A stretch of 32,000 nucleotides of DNA from Pseudomonas aeruginosa. Its GTDB lineage: Bacteria; Pseudomonadota; Gammaproteobacteria; Pseudomonadales; Pseudomonadaceae. Where the stretch lies: the NCBI RefSeq assembly GCF_001457615.1, contig NZ_LN831024.1, forward strand, positions 4,170,001 to 4,202,000. Direction: 5' to 3'. This document shows positions 9,445 through 17,617 of the stretch, piece by piece. The notes under the pieces were generated by a model. That model was not told where the DNA came from. It did not search any database and saw only the letters and a program-made list of their open reading frames with translations. The translations under genes were made by a program, and so were the position numbers. How positions within the stretch are numbered: position 1 is the stretch's first letter; each line of letters starts with the position of its first letter.

Positions 9445-10352
9445 CAAAGGTACTCCTGCAACCAGCGGGTCAGCCGCCAGTGCCGCGCGGTCCCCGCCTG
9501 CAGCACCTCGACACTGCCGGTCATGCCGGCGGCAAGCACCACGCCCGCCGGTACCCGGTCGAGTTCGATGCGCACCGGCACGCGCTGCGCCAGGCGTATC
9601 CAGCTGAAGTTCGGGCTGACCTGCGGCAGGCCGCTGTCGGCACGGCTTTCGTTGAGGTCGGCGACACCGCGACCGATGCTCGCGACATGGCCGTCGAGCA
9701 GCGGATCGAACCCCATCAGCTTGATCGTCGCCGGCGCGCCGACCTGTACATTGCGCAGCTTGGTTTCCTCGAAATAGCCGGTGACCCAGAAGCTTCGCCG
9801 ATCGACGATGAAGATGTTGGTCCGGCCCGCCGCCGCGTAATCGCCGGGCTGCACGCGCAACTGCGTCACATAGCCGTCCACCGGCGAGCGCAACTCGCTG
9901 CGCCGCAGGTCCAGCCGCGCCTGGTCGAGCGCCGCCCCGGCGGCCTCGGCGCGGGCGCGGGCGATACGCAGGGCGCGACCGGCGTTGGCGACCTCCTCGC
10001 GCGAAACCGCGCCGGCCAACTGCATGCGTCGGCGCCATTGCTCGTCACGTTGGCGCAGGGTTTCCCGCGCCTGCTCCAGCTCCGCCTCGCGCTGGCGCAC
10101 GGCCAGGCGATAGCTGCGCGGATCGATGCGGTACAGCGGATCGCCGCGGGCCACCCGCTGGTTATCTGCGACGAACACCGCCTCGACGCTGCCGGAGACT
10201 TCCGGCGCGATGCGGATCACCTGCGCGCTGACCCGCCCGTCACGGGTCCAGGGCGCCAGCACGTAGGCTTGCCACAACTGCAACGCCAGGCACAGGGCGA
10301 GCAGGCCGCAGGCGAAGGTCGCAGCCACCTTGGAAAGACGAACGATGGACAT
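9444..10352 (-). CDS. HlyD/AaeA-type membrane fusion protein
   Basis: 302 aa; DGRVSAQVIRIAPEVSGSVEAVFVADNQRVARGDPLYRIDPRSYRLAVRQREAELEQA...SPVDGYVTQLRVQPGDYAAAGRTNIFIVDRRSFWVTGYFEETKLRNVQVGAPATIKLMG. Confidence 0.95.
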   Translation of the reverse strand: MSIVRLSKVAATFACGLLALCLALQLWQAYVLAPWTRDGRVSAQVIRIAPEVSGSVEAVFVADNQRVARGDPLYRIDPRSYRLAVRQREAELEQARETLRQRDEQWRRRMQLAGAVSREEVANAGRALRIARARAEAAGAALDQARLDLRRSELRSPVDGYVTQLRVQPGDYAAAGRTNIFIVDRRSFWVTGYFEETKLRNVQVGAPATIKLMGFDPLLDGHVASIGRGVADLNESRADSGLPQVSPNFSWIRLAQRVPVRIELDRVPAGVVLAAGMTGSVEVLQAGTARHWRLTRWLQEYL

Positions 10353-10364
10353 GGGGACCTCGGC

Positions 10365-10553
10365 TCAGAACTTCAGCACCAGCACGGACAGCACGATGAA
10401 CGACAGGAAGAAACGCAGCAGGCCGGGATGCCAGGCGCATTCCAGCCAGCGCCAGGCGAGGCGCTCCAGCAGCAGGTAGAGCGGCATCGCCAGGCACAGG
10501 TAGAGGAACAATGGCGGCACGTAGAGGCCGGAAACGGAGACTTCGCTCAGCAT
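10365..10553 (-). CDS. DUF1656 (AaeX-like) small membrane protein
   Basis: MLSEVSVSGLYVPPLFLYLCLAMPLYLLLERLAWRWLECAWHPGLLRFFLSFIVLSVLVLKF; canonical DUF1656 position upstream of HlyD + FUSC; an in-frame start at 10562 is also possible. Confidence 0.85.
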   Translation of the reverse strand: MLSEVSVSGLYVPPLFLYLCLAMPLYLLLERLAWRWLECAWHPGLLRFFLSFIVLSVLVLKF

Positions 10554-10696
10554 GCAGGGCACCAGGGTATCGAGGGCGCGGAGCGGTCGGCCGCTCCTGT
10601 CGGGTTGACGAGCACAGGCTACGGGTCGTAGCGATTTGCAAATATCGACTACTCAGCCAGAAAATAATCGAATTCGGACAACCCACAGGACCTGCC

Positions 10697-11503
10697 GTGA
10701 GCCGTGAACCGCAGACCTACCTCGCCCAACGCTTCGATCCCGACGCGCTCGGCCAGCCGGCCCTGGCCCTGCAGCTGGAGGCCCGGCACAACGACACCGA
10801 AGTGCCGGTGCACCGGCATCGCAAGGGCCAGCTGGTGGTGGCCTGCCGCGGCGGCATCACCTGCACGGTGCCCGATGGCCTGTGGATGGTGCCGGCCGGG
10901 TTCGGTGTGTGGATTCCCGGCGGCATCGCCCATAGCAACCGGGTCACCGCCAACGGCAAGGTCTGCTTCCTCTTCGTCGAGCCGGGGGCGGCACGCCTGC
11001 CGAGCGACTGCTGCACCCTGGCCCTGTCGCCGCTGGTCCTCGAACTGATCCTGCACCTGAGCGCGCAACCGCAGGACTATCCGCACGACGGCCCGCTCGC
11101 ACGTCTCGCCGGGGTGCTGCTGGAACTCCTGGAACAGGCGCCGACCGAACAGCTCTACCTGCCGCTGCCGGACAACCGCGGCCTACGCCGCATCGCCGAC
11201 GAACTGACCCGCGCCCCCGGCGACCGCGCCAGCATGGCCGAATGGGCCAGGCGAGTGGCGATGAGCGAGCGGTCCCTGGCGCGGATGGTGCGGCGGGAGA
11301 CCGGCATGACCTTCGGCCAGTGGCGCCAGCAATTGCAGATCATCATCGCCCTGCAGCAACTGTCCGCCGGCGTTTCGGTGCAACGCACCGCCGAGATCCT
11401 CGGCTACGAGTCGGTCAGCTCGTTCATCGGCATGTTCCGCAAGGCGCTCGGCAGCCCCCCGGCCCGCTACGTGCGCGACAGCATGCGGCGGCCAGCCGAC
11501 TGA
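10697..11503 (+). CDS. AraC-family transcriptional regulator (GTG start)
   Basis: VSREPQTYLAQRFDPDALG...HRHRKGQLVVACRGGITCTVPDGLWMVPAGFGVWIPGGIAHSNRV...MAEWARRVAMSERSLARMVRRETGMTFGQWRQQLQIIIALQQLSAGVSVQRTAEILGYESVSSFIGMFRKALG. Confidence 0.92.
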   Translation: MSREPQTYLAQRFDPDALGQPALALQLEARHNDTEVPVHRHRKGQLVVACRGGITCTVPDGLWMVPAGFGVWIPGGIAHSNRVTANGKVCFLFVEPGAARLPSDCCTLALSPLVLELILHLSAQPQDYPHDGPLARLAGVLLELLEQAPTEQLYLPLPDNRGLRRIADELTRAPGDRASMAEWARRVAMSERSLARMVRRETGMTFGQWRQQLQIIIALQQLSAGVSVQRTAEILGYESVSSFIGMFRKALGSPPARYVRDSMRRPAD

Positions 11504-11612
11504 ACGAAGGTCGACGGAAAGGTCTTGCAGTTCGTCAGCTGTTCTCCCCCGAGGCTGGCACTCGAAGACACTTCTGGGAATAATGCCGCCCTTTTTTCTC
11601 CAGGAGGATCAG

Positions 11613-11963
11613 ATGGTTACGCACTTCTTGAGCGAATCCGGCCAGGCAGCCTGCGGGCGCGGCGACAGCAACGTGAACGGCTCGAGCGACGTCGGCCAGG
11701 TCAGTTGCAAGACCTGCCGGCGCACCAACGCCTTCGCCCAGGCCCAGGAAAACGCCGCTCCGGCCAGTGCCCCTGTCACCCCCACCGCCGCTGCGCCAGT
11801 GATCGACAAGGCCGCGCCGCGGCCGAAAGCCGAGGCCAGGCTCGCCGCCGCGCAGCGCCAGGACCGCGATGCCGCCCGCAAGGCCTGGCAGGCGCGTCTC
11901 AACGAATTGTCCGGGAAGAACCGCATGCCGCGCTCGCGGCGCCGCGCGCAAGCCTATCTCTGA
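11613..11963 (+). CDS. small hypothetical protein, Ala/Arg-rich, with CxxC
   Basis: ATG 11613 preceded by AGGAGGATCAG ribosome binding site; MVTHFLSESGQAACGRGDSNVNGSSDVGQVSCKTCRRTNAFAQAQENAAP...; no recognised domain. Confidence 0.6.
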   Translation: MVTHFLSESGQAACGRGDSNVNGSSDVGQVSCKTCRRTNAFAQAQENAAPASAPVTPTAAAPVIDKAAPRPKAEARLAAAQRQDRDAARKAWQARLNELSGKNRMPRSRRRAQAYL

Positions 11964-12039
11964 GCGGTAGCGGTACTTCGCGGCGGATGTCCGCACGCGG
12001 TCATATCCGTCCTGCCCAGCACAACCGCGCGTCCCCTCA

Positions 12040-12930
12040 TCAGGCCAGGCCCTGCGCCTCCGCCAGGGCCAGGCCGTCGAGGGCGCCGGCGAGCATCTCC
12101 GGCAGATGGCGCGGCTCGTCGGCCAGCTCGGCCAGCTCCGACAACCGATGCGCCGCCGTCAGCAAGGCGATCCGCCGACGCTCCAGGCGCCGACCGCTGA
12201 AGCGCTCGTAGGCGGCGACGATGCGCTCGGTGAGGTCGGCATCGATGAACGCGGAATAGATGAATTCCTGGTGCAGCGGACCGATGCCCGCGTCGGCGAA
12301 GTCGTACACACCGTTCAGCCGCCCGGCCTCGCTATCGAATGCCATGTTCCAGCCATGGCCGTCGAAGAAGCCGAAGATCGAACCCAGCGGATCGGCAGGC
12401 AGCTTGGCATATTCCCGCACCAAGCGTTCCGCGCGTTCGCGCCAGGCCGCAGGCAGCAGCGGCAAGGCGCGCCTGCGCATCGCCGCAGGCGACTCCCAGG
12501 GACGCACCGGCAAGGCTCCAACCGCCCGCATGCGCGCCGGTGGCAGTCGATGCAGCTCGGCGTAGAAGCGCCCCAACGCATCGCCGACCGCCTGCCGTGC
12601 GGGTTCGTCCAGGCGCCGGTAGTCCTCGCCCAGGAGGTAACCGCCAGGCAGTTTCTCGTGGCGGGAAAACAGCGGCGGTCCCGCAAACACCTGCGGCGCC
12701 GGCACCGGCAGGCTCACCGCCGGACGCACCAGGCGTAGCACGGCGGCCTCGCGCAGCAGCGCCGCCTCGGCCTCCGCGCCGCGCGGAAACTTGAACACCC
12801 AGCGCCCTCCGACCTCCACCGCCGTGGAATGCCAGCCCGAGGCCAGGATGGCGAAAGTGGCGTCCGCCAGCTCCGGACAGGCCGCCACTATCGCCCGGCG
12901 ATATTCCTCCAGGGCACGCGGTTCCTTCAC
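12040..12930 (-). CDS. aminoglycoside phosphotransferase (APH)/choline-kinase-like protein
   Basis: GTG start at 12930 overlapping the upstream TetR stop (GTGA); GWHSTAVEVGGRWVFKFPRG...; catalytic-loop-like FFDGHGWNMAFDSEAGRLNGVYDFADAGIGPLHQEF (H-G/N...D-F-D/A pattern of APH fold). Confidence 0.85.
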   Translation of the reverse strand: MKEPRALEEYRRAIVAACPELADATFAILASGWHSTAVEVGGRWVFKFPRGAEAEAALLREAAVLRLVRPAVSLPVPAPQVFAGPPLFSRHEKLPGGYLLGEDYRRLDEPARQAVGDALGRFYAELHRLPPARMRAVGALPVRPWESPAAMRRRALPLLPAAWRERAERLVREYAKLPADPLGSIFGFFDGHGWNMAFDSEAGRLNGVYDFADAGIGPLHQEFIYSAFIDADLTERIVAAYERFSGRRLERRRIALLTAAHRLSELAELADEPRHLPEMLAGALDGLALAEAQGLA

Positions 12931-13535
12931 CGACGACTCCGCGCGACCATCGCCACGATCGCCTCGTACAGTTCCCGCCGCGCCTCTTCCGGGGCGATCT
13001 CTTCGGTGGCGGCCGCGTGCGACAGCGCTTCGGCGGCGCCGATCATTGCGCGCAGAGCGGCGACGGTCAGCCGTCCGCCGCCGGCGAAGGGCTCCAGCAC
13101 GGCGCGGCACTTGTCCATGAAGAGAACCTCGTAGTCGCGCTTGATCCGCTCCAGCTCCGGCGAGCTGGCGAGGGCCGCGACCACCCCGGGAATCTCCCGG
13201 CCTTGTTGCATCACGCAGTCGACATAGGCGCGGGCGATGACGTCGGCGCGCCCCTCCAGGGTCGCCTCGCTCGCTTCCAGGGCAGCCTCCATCAGCGCCG
13301 TCTGGCGCAGGTCGTAATCCTGGTAGAGCGCCGCCAGCAGGCCGGCGCGGGTGCCGAAGTGGTCATAGACCACCGGCTTGGTCACCCCGGCCTGCTCGGC
13401 CAGGCGTCCGAGGGTCAGCGCCTCGGTACCTTCTTCGCGGACCAGCCGCCAGGCCACCTCGAGCAACTGGCGCTGGCGCTCGTCGCGGGACAGGCGGCGG
13501 CGTGGCGACGGGTCGTCTGGGGAGTGCGTTGACAT
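12927..13535 (-). CDS. TetR-family transcriptional regulator
   Basis: 202 aa; RDERQRQLLEVAWRLVREEGTEALTLGRLAEQAGVTKPVVYDHFGTRAGLLAALYQDYD HTH. Confidence 0.95.
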   Translation of the reverse strand: MSTHSPDDPSPRRRLSRDERQRQLLEVAWRLVREEGTEALTLGRLAEQAGVTKPVVYDHFGTRAGLLAALYQDYDLRQTALMEAALEASEATLEGRADVIARAYVDCVMQQGREIPGVVAALASSPELERIKRDYEVLFMDKCRAVLEPFAGGGRLTVAALRAMIGAAEALSHAAATEEIAPEEARRELYEAIVAMVARSRR

Positions 13536-13537
13536 AG

Positions 13538-13590
13538 ATAACCTACTAAAAGTAACTTACTAAAGGTAACCTACGGAAAGTAGGTTTACC
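13538..13590. promoter_or_regulatory. candidate TetR operator array between divergent tetR and quinone-oxidoreductase genes
   Basis: ATAACCTACTAAAAGTAACTTACTAAAGGTAACCTACGGAAAGTAGGTTTACC: repeated GTAAC(C/T)TAC units, exact palindrome AGTAA-C-TTACT, and GGTAACCTAC...GTAGGTTTACC inverted repeat. Confidence 0.55.
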
Positions 13591-13639
13591 CAGACTATCG
13601 ACTTGCCCCCCTTCCCGCAATTCCCGGAGGAATTCGCCC

Positions 13640-14266
13640 ATGCATGCCCTGATCGTCGTCGCCCATCACCATCCTCGCTCTCTCACACATGCCCTCGCCG
13701 CGCGCATCGCCGAAGGCGTGGTCCGCGCCGGTCATTCCGCGGAAACCGCCGACCTGGCGGCGGAAGGCTTCGAGCCGCGCTTCGGCCTGGCCGACCACGC
13801 CGTGCATCGCGGCCAGGCGTCGCCTCCCGCCGACGTCCTCGCCGAGCAGGCGCGCATCGATCGCGCCGATACCCTGGTGCTGGTCTACCCGATCTACTGG
13901 TGGTCGATGCCGGCCCTGCTCAAGGGCTGGATCGATCGCGTGTTCTCCAATGGCTGGGCCTTCGACTACAGCATCGGCGGCGACCTGCGGAAAAAGCTGC
14001 AGCGCCTGCGCGTGGTGCTGGTCGGTGTCGGCGGCGCCGATGCCGGCACCTTCGAGCGGCACGGCTACGCCGGGGCGATGCGCACCCAGATCGACCATGG
14101 CATCTTCGATTACTGCGGCGCACGGGTGGTCCGTTCCGAACTGTTGCTGGAATCGGAGACCGCCGATCCGATCCGGCATCTGGACCAGGCCCTGCACATC
14201 GGCAGCCAGCTCTTCGCCGCACGCGGCGCGCAGGGGGCCGCCCAGGCGCAGCCGCTGGAGGCCTGA
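13640..14266 (+). CDS. NAD(P)H dehydrogenase (quinone)/flavodoxin-fold oxidoreductase (NQO1/MdaB-like)
   Basis: MHALIVVAHHHPRSLTHALAARIAEGVVRAGHSAETADLAAEGFEPRF...ADTLVLVYPIYWWSMPALLKGWIDRVFSNGWAFDY. Confidence 0.92.
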   Translation: MHALIVVAHHHPRSLTHALAARIAEGVVRAGHSAETADLAAEGFEPRFGLADHAVHRGQASPPADVLAEQARIDRADTLVLVYPIYWWSMPALLKGWIDRVFSNGWAFDYSIGGDLRKKLQRLRVVLVGVGGADAGTFERHGYAGAMRTQIDHGIFDYCGARVVRSELLLESETADPIRHLDQALHIGSQLFAARGAQGAAQAQPLEA

Positions 14267-14273
14267 CCCCAGG

Positions 14274-15053
14274 TCATTCGGCCAGGTGCATGGCGAAACC
14301 GGCCCGCTGCGGGGCAAGTTCGTCGCGCAGGGTCAGCGCCGGGATCAGGTAGTCGCCGCCGTTCTGCCGGCGGAACGGGATCGGCGCAGCGCGCTGCAGG
14401 TCATCGAGGCGCCGGCCCAACTGCTCGCTCAGCGCGGCGAAACGCTCCGCGTCGATCCGGCCGCTGCGATAGACGACGAACGGCGGCAATACCTCGAAGC
14501 CGGGGTAATGCAGGATGCCGTGGTGGATGGGGAACAGCAGGTCGTCCATCGGTCCGTTGATACCGCGCGCGGCGTAGTGCGACTCCCAGCCGCCGGCGGT
14601 GACTACCAGCATCGCCCGCTTGCCCTGCATCCGGCCCTCGCCGTAGCGGTCGCCCCAGTGGCTGTCGGAATGTTCGCCGACCCCGTAGGCGAAGCCGCAG
14701 GCATAGACGCGATCGATCCAACCCTTGAGGATCGCCGGCATGCTGAACCACCAGAGCGGGAATTGCAGGATCAGCGTATCGGCCCAGCGCAGCTTGTCCT
14801 GCTCACCGGCGATGTCGACGCTCTGCCAACCGTTCTCGAAGGCGCGCAGGGAAGTTGCGGAAGGATCGAAGCGTTCGCTGGCCTCGCGCTCGAGGCTGTC
14901 GCCGGCATCGAGCACGGCCTTCCAGCCCATCGCGTAGAGGTCCGAAACCTGCACCGCATGGCCGGCCGCCTCGAGGCGGGCGACCGCGAAGTCCTTGAGC
15001 GCACCGTTGAGGGAGCGCGGCTCGGGATGGGCATAGACGATGAGTACGTTCAT
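14274..15053 (-). CDS. NAD(P)H dehydrogenase (quinone)/flavodoxin-fold oxidoreductase
   Basis: MNVLIVYAHPEPRSLNGALKDFAVARLEAAGHAVQVSDLYAMGWKAVLD...DTLILQFPLWWFSMPAILKGWIDRVYACGFAYG. Confidence 0.92.
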   Translation of the reverse strand: MNVLIVYAHPEPRSLNGALKDFAVARLEAAGHAVQVSDLYAMGWKAVLDAGDSLEREASERFDPSATSLRAFENGWQSVDIAGEQDKLRWADTLILQFPLWWFSMPAILKGWIDRVYACGFAYGVGEHSDSHWGDRYGEGRMQGKRAMLVVTAGGWESHYAARGINGPMDDLLFPIHHGILHYPGFEVLPPFVVYRSGRIDAERFAALSEQLGRRLDDLQRAAPIPFRRQNGGDYLIPALTLRDELAPQRAGFAMHLAE

Positions 15054-15095
15054 GGCGGGTCTCCGGCAAAAGGTGGGCGCAGGATCGGCCATCGC

Positions 15096-15120
15096 CGGAT
15101 ATAGTTGAAATGAATATCCG
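15096..15120. promoter_or_regulatory. candidate LysR-type regulator binding site (T-N11-A)
   Basis: CGGATAT-agttgaaatga-ATATCCG: perfect 7-bp inverted arms with 11-nt spacer, in the divergent intergenic region between the oxidoreductase (start 15053) and lysR (start 15138). Confidence 0.65.
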
Positions 15121-15137
15121 AAATTCCAGGTATATGG

Positions 15138-16031
15138 ATGATTAATCTCCGGCGACTGGACCTGAACCTGCTGGTGACCCTCGACGTGCTGCTCACCGAA
15201 CACAATGTGACGCGCGCGGCGGAACGCCTGAATTTTTCCCAACCCTCGGTGAGCGTGCACCTGGCCAAGCTGCGGGCGATCTTCGACGATCCCTTGCTGC
15301 TTCCCGGCCCGCGCGGGATGCGCCCGACGGCGCGGGCGGAGGAGCTGCGCGAGCCGTTACGCCTGGCCCTGGAAGCCCTGGAGCAGGCGGTGGCGCCGGC
15401 CGCGCCGTTCGATCCGACGCAGTCACGGCATACCTGGCGCGTCGCCGCCACCGACTACGCCGAGTCGGCGATCCTCCTGCCGATCCTCGCCAGTCTTCGC
15501 CGCCAGGCGCCGGGCAGCCGCCTGGCGGTGCTGGAGCTGGCGCCGACGCGAATCGTCAGGCAGGCGGAACGCGGCGAGATCGACCTGGCCTTCCACACCC
15601 TCGAAGAAGCGCCGCCGGGACTGCGCTGTCGCCGGCTGTTCAGCGAGCGCTATGTGCTGGCCGGGCGCGCCGGGCATCCGGGGCTGCGTCGGCGACCGAC
15701 GCTGAAGCAGTTCTGCCGCCTCGAGCAGGCGATCGTCTCGCCCGACGGCGGCGGCTTCCTAGGTCCCACCGACCAGGCGCTCGCCGAACTCGGCGCGGAA
15801 CGCCGGGTGGCGTTGTCGGTGCCGCACTTCCTGTTCCTCCGCGCGGTGCTGGAAAGCACCGACCTGGTGGCGCTGCTGCCGTCGCGACTGGTACGCGAGC
15901 GCGACAGGTTGCGGGTGGTCGAGGCGCCCCTGGAGGTGCCCGGCTACGACCTGGCCATGCTCTGGCACGAGCGCTCGCACCGCGATCCGGCCCATCGCTG
16001 GCTGCGCGAACTCATCGCCGCCTCGGTGTAA
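15138..16031 (+). CDS. LysR-family transcriptional regulator
   Basis: 297 aa; MINLRRLDLNLLVTLDVLLTEHNVTRAAERLNFSQPSVSVHLAKLRAIFDDPLLLPGPRGMRPTARAEELREPL. Confidence 0.96.
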   Translation: MINLRRLDLNLLVTLDVLLTEHNVTRAAERLNFSQPSVSVHLAKLRAIFDDPLLLPGPRGMRPTARAEELREPLRLALEALEQAVAPAAPFDPTQSRHTWRVAATDYAESAILLPILASLRRQAPGSRLAVLELAPTRIVRQAERGEIDLAFHTLEEAPPGLRCRRLFSERYVLAGRAGHPGLRRRPTLKQFCRLEQAIVSPDGGGFLGPTDQALAELGAERRVALSVPHFLFLRAVLESTDLVALLPSRLVRERDRLRVVEAPLEVPGYDLAMLWHERSHRDPAHRWLRELIAASV

Positions 16032-16126
16032 CGCGGCGATACGCTTCGGTCGTCGCCGCGGTTTGACGCACCGTCGCGCTTTGCCCAAGCTAGCGGGCTT
16101 CGATCCACCACCAGGAAGTCCTTGGC

Positions 16127-17284
16127 GTGAAGTTTCCGTTCCATCCCTGGCGCCGCCTGCTGCTCTGCGCGCTCCCTTTCGCCGCCCTGCTGACCGCATG
16201 CGACGACGGCAAGAAAGAGCCCCCGCCCAAACCCGCCGAAGTCACCACCTACAACAGCGTGCCCTGGGACGCCCTGCCGGCCACCAGCGACGCCGACCTG
16301 CTCGCCGGCTTCAATGCCTGGCGCTCGGCCTGCGCGCGGCTGGCCAAGGACCCGGTATGGGGCGAGCCCTGTGCGAGCGCCACGACGGTCGCCGCCGATC
16401 CGACGGCGGTGCGCGCGTTCCTCCAGGAGCGGATGCAGGTCTATAGCCTGCGTTCCTCCAGCAACGGCGACCAGGGCCTGATCACCGGCTACTACGAACC
16501 GGTCTACCACGGCAGCCTGAGCCAGGGCGAAAAAACCCCGGTGCCGGTCTACGGCGTACCGGACGACCTGGTGGTGGTCGCGCTGGAAAGCGTCTACCCG
16601 GAACTCAAGGGCAAGCGCCTGCGCGGACGCCTGGAAGGCCGGGTGCTGAAACCCTACGACGACGCCGCGACGATCCGCGACAACGGCTCCAGCGCGCCGG
16701 TGCTCGCCTGGCTGGGCGACCCGATGGACCTGCAGTTCCTGCAGATCCAGGGTTCCGGGCGCATCCAGCTGGAAGACGGCCGGCAACTGCGGATCGGCTA
16801 CGGCGACCAGAATGGCCACCCGTACAAGCCGGTCGGCCGCTGGCTGGTCGAGCAGGGCCTGGTGCCGAAGGAAGAGGTCAGCATGAAGCGCATCCGCGAC
16901 TGGGCCGAGGCCAATCCGCAGCGGGTCTCCGAACTGCTGGCGAGCAATCCCAGCTTCGTGTTCTTCAGCCTGCGCCCGGACAGCGACGAAGGTCCGCGCG
17001 GCTCGCTGAACGTACCGCTGACCGACGGCTACAGCGTGGCCATCGACCGCAAGGTGATTCCGCTGGGCAGCCTGATGTGGCTGTCCACCACCCGCCCTGA
17101 CGACGGCAGCGCGGTGGTCCGTCCGGTGGCGGCCCAGGATACCGGCGGGGCCATCGTCGGCGAGGTCCGCGCCGATCTGTTCTGGGGCACCGGCGACGCC
17201 GCCGGCGAACTCGCCGGACACATGAAGCAGCCGGGCCGGCTCTGGCTGCTATGGCCCAAGGGCGCGCCGCTGCCCGCCTCCTGA
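16127..17284 (+). CDS. mltA: membrane-bound lytic murein transglycosylase A (lipoprotein)
   Basis: GTG start; lipobox LLTACDD; FQIQGSGR-like LQFLQIQGSGRIQLEDGRQLRIGYGDQNGHPYKPVGRWLVEQG and DLFWGTGDAAGELAGHMKQPGRLWLLWPK are characteristic MltA/3D-domain motifs. Confidence 0.96.
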   Translation: MKFPFHPWRRLLLCALPFAALLTACDDGKKEPPPKPAEVTTYNSVPWDALPATSDADLLAGFNAWRSACARLAKDPVWGEPCASATTVAADPTAVRAFLQERMQVYSLRSSSNGDQGLITGYYEPVYHGSLSQGEKTPVPVYGVPDDLVVVALESVYPELKGKRLRGRLEGRVLKPYDDAATIRDNGSSAPVLAWLGDPMDLQFLQIQGSGRIQLEDGRQLRIGYGDQNGHPYKPVGRWLVEQGLVPKEEVSMKRIRDWAEANPQRVSELLASNPSFVFFSLRPDSDEGPRGSLNVPLTDGYSVAIDRKVIPLGSLMWLSTTRPDDGSAVVRPVAAQDTGGAIVGEVRADLFWGTGDAAGELAGHMKQPGRLWLLWPKGAPLPAS

Positions 17285-17597
17285 AAACCTCCGGCCGGTG
17301 CCGACGCACCCGGCCGGGACGGCTGGCCAACGCAACGCCAGCGAGCGCCCGACACCGCAGACCAGCATCGACGGCGCCGGGCGCGCTTGCGGCAGCAACC
17401 ATTCAAACGATGAATGACGCCGCAGAATCCTCTGTGATGATCGCCGCGCCAGCCGGACCTCCGCGCCTCGCCGCAGCGGCCAGGCCCCCCGACACCACTT
17501 GTCCGTGCTACCCCCGGCAGGCGTAGCCGCGGCCGCCTGCCTCGGCAAAAAGCCATCAGCCGGCACGCTTCGACGCCCCTCATGGCGCCCTTTCGCC

Positions 17598-17617
17598 AAC
17601 TACCAATTCTCATAGTT
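17598..17617. promoter_or_regulatory. candidate las/rhl (LuxR-type) box
   Basis: AACTACCAATTCTCATAGTT: NNCT-N12-AGNN with extended CAACTA...TAGTTG inverted repeat; followed at appropriate spacing by AT-rich TATTTT/TTAAAT (-10-like) around 17639-17646. Confidence 0.5.

Noticed and set aside
8347-9777. 476-aa plus-strand ORF opposite the FUSC gene
   Set aside because: Shadow ORF; the minus-strand FUSC/HlyD frames have clear membrane-protein and adaptor signatures.
17285-17330. GC-rich imperfect hairpin CCGGCCGGTG...CACCCGGCCGG just after mltA
   Set aside because: Imperfect stem and no following T-tract, so I could not support an intrinsic terminator call.
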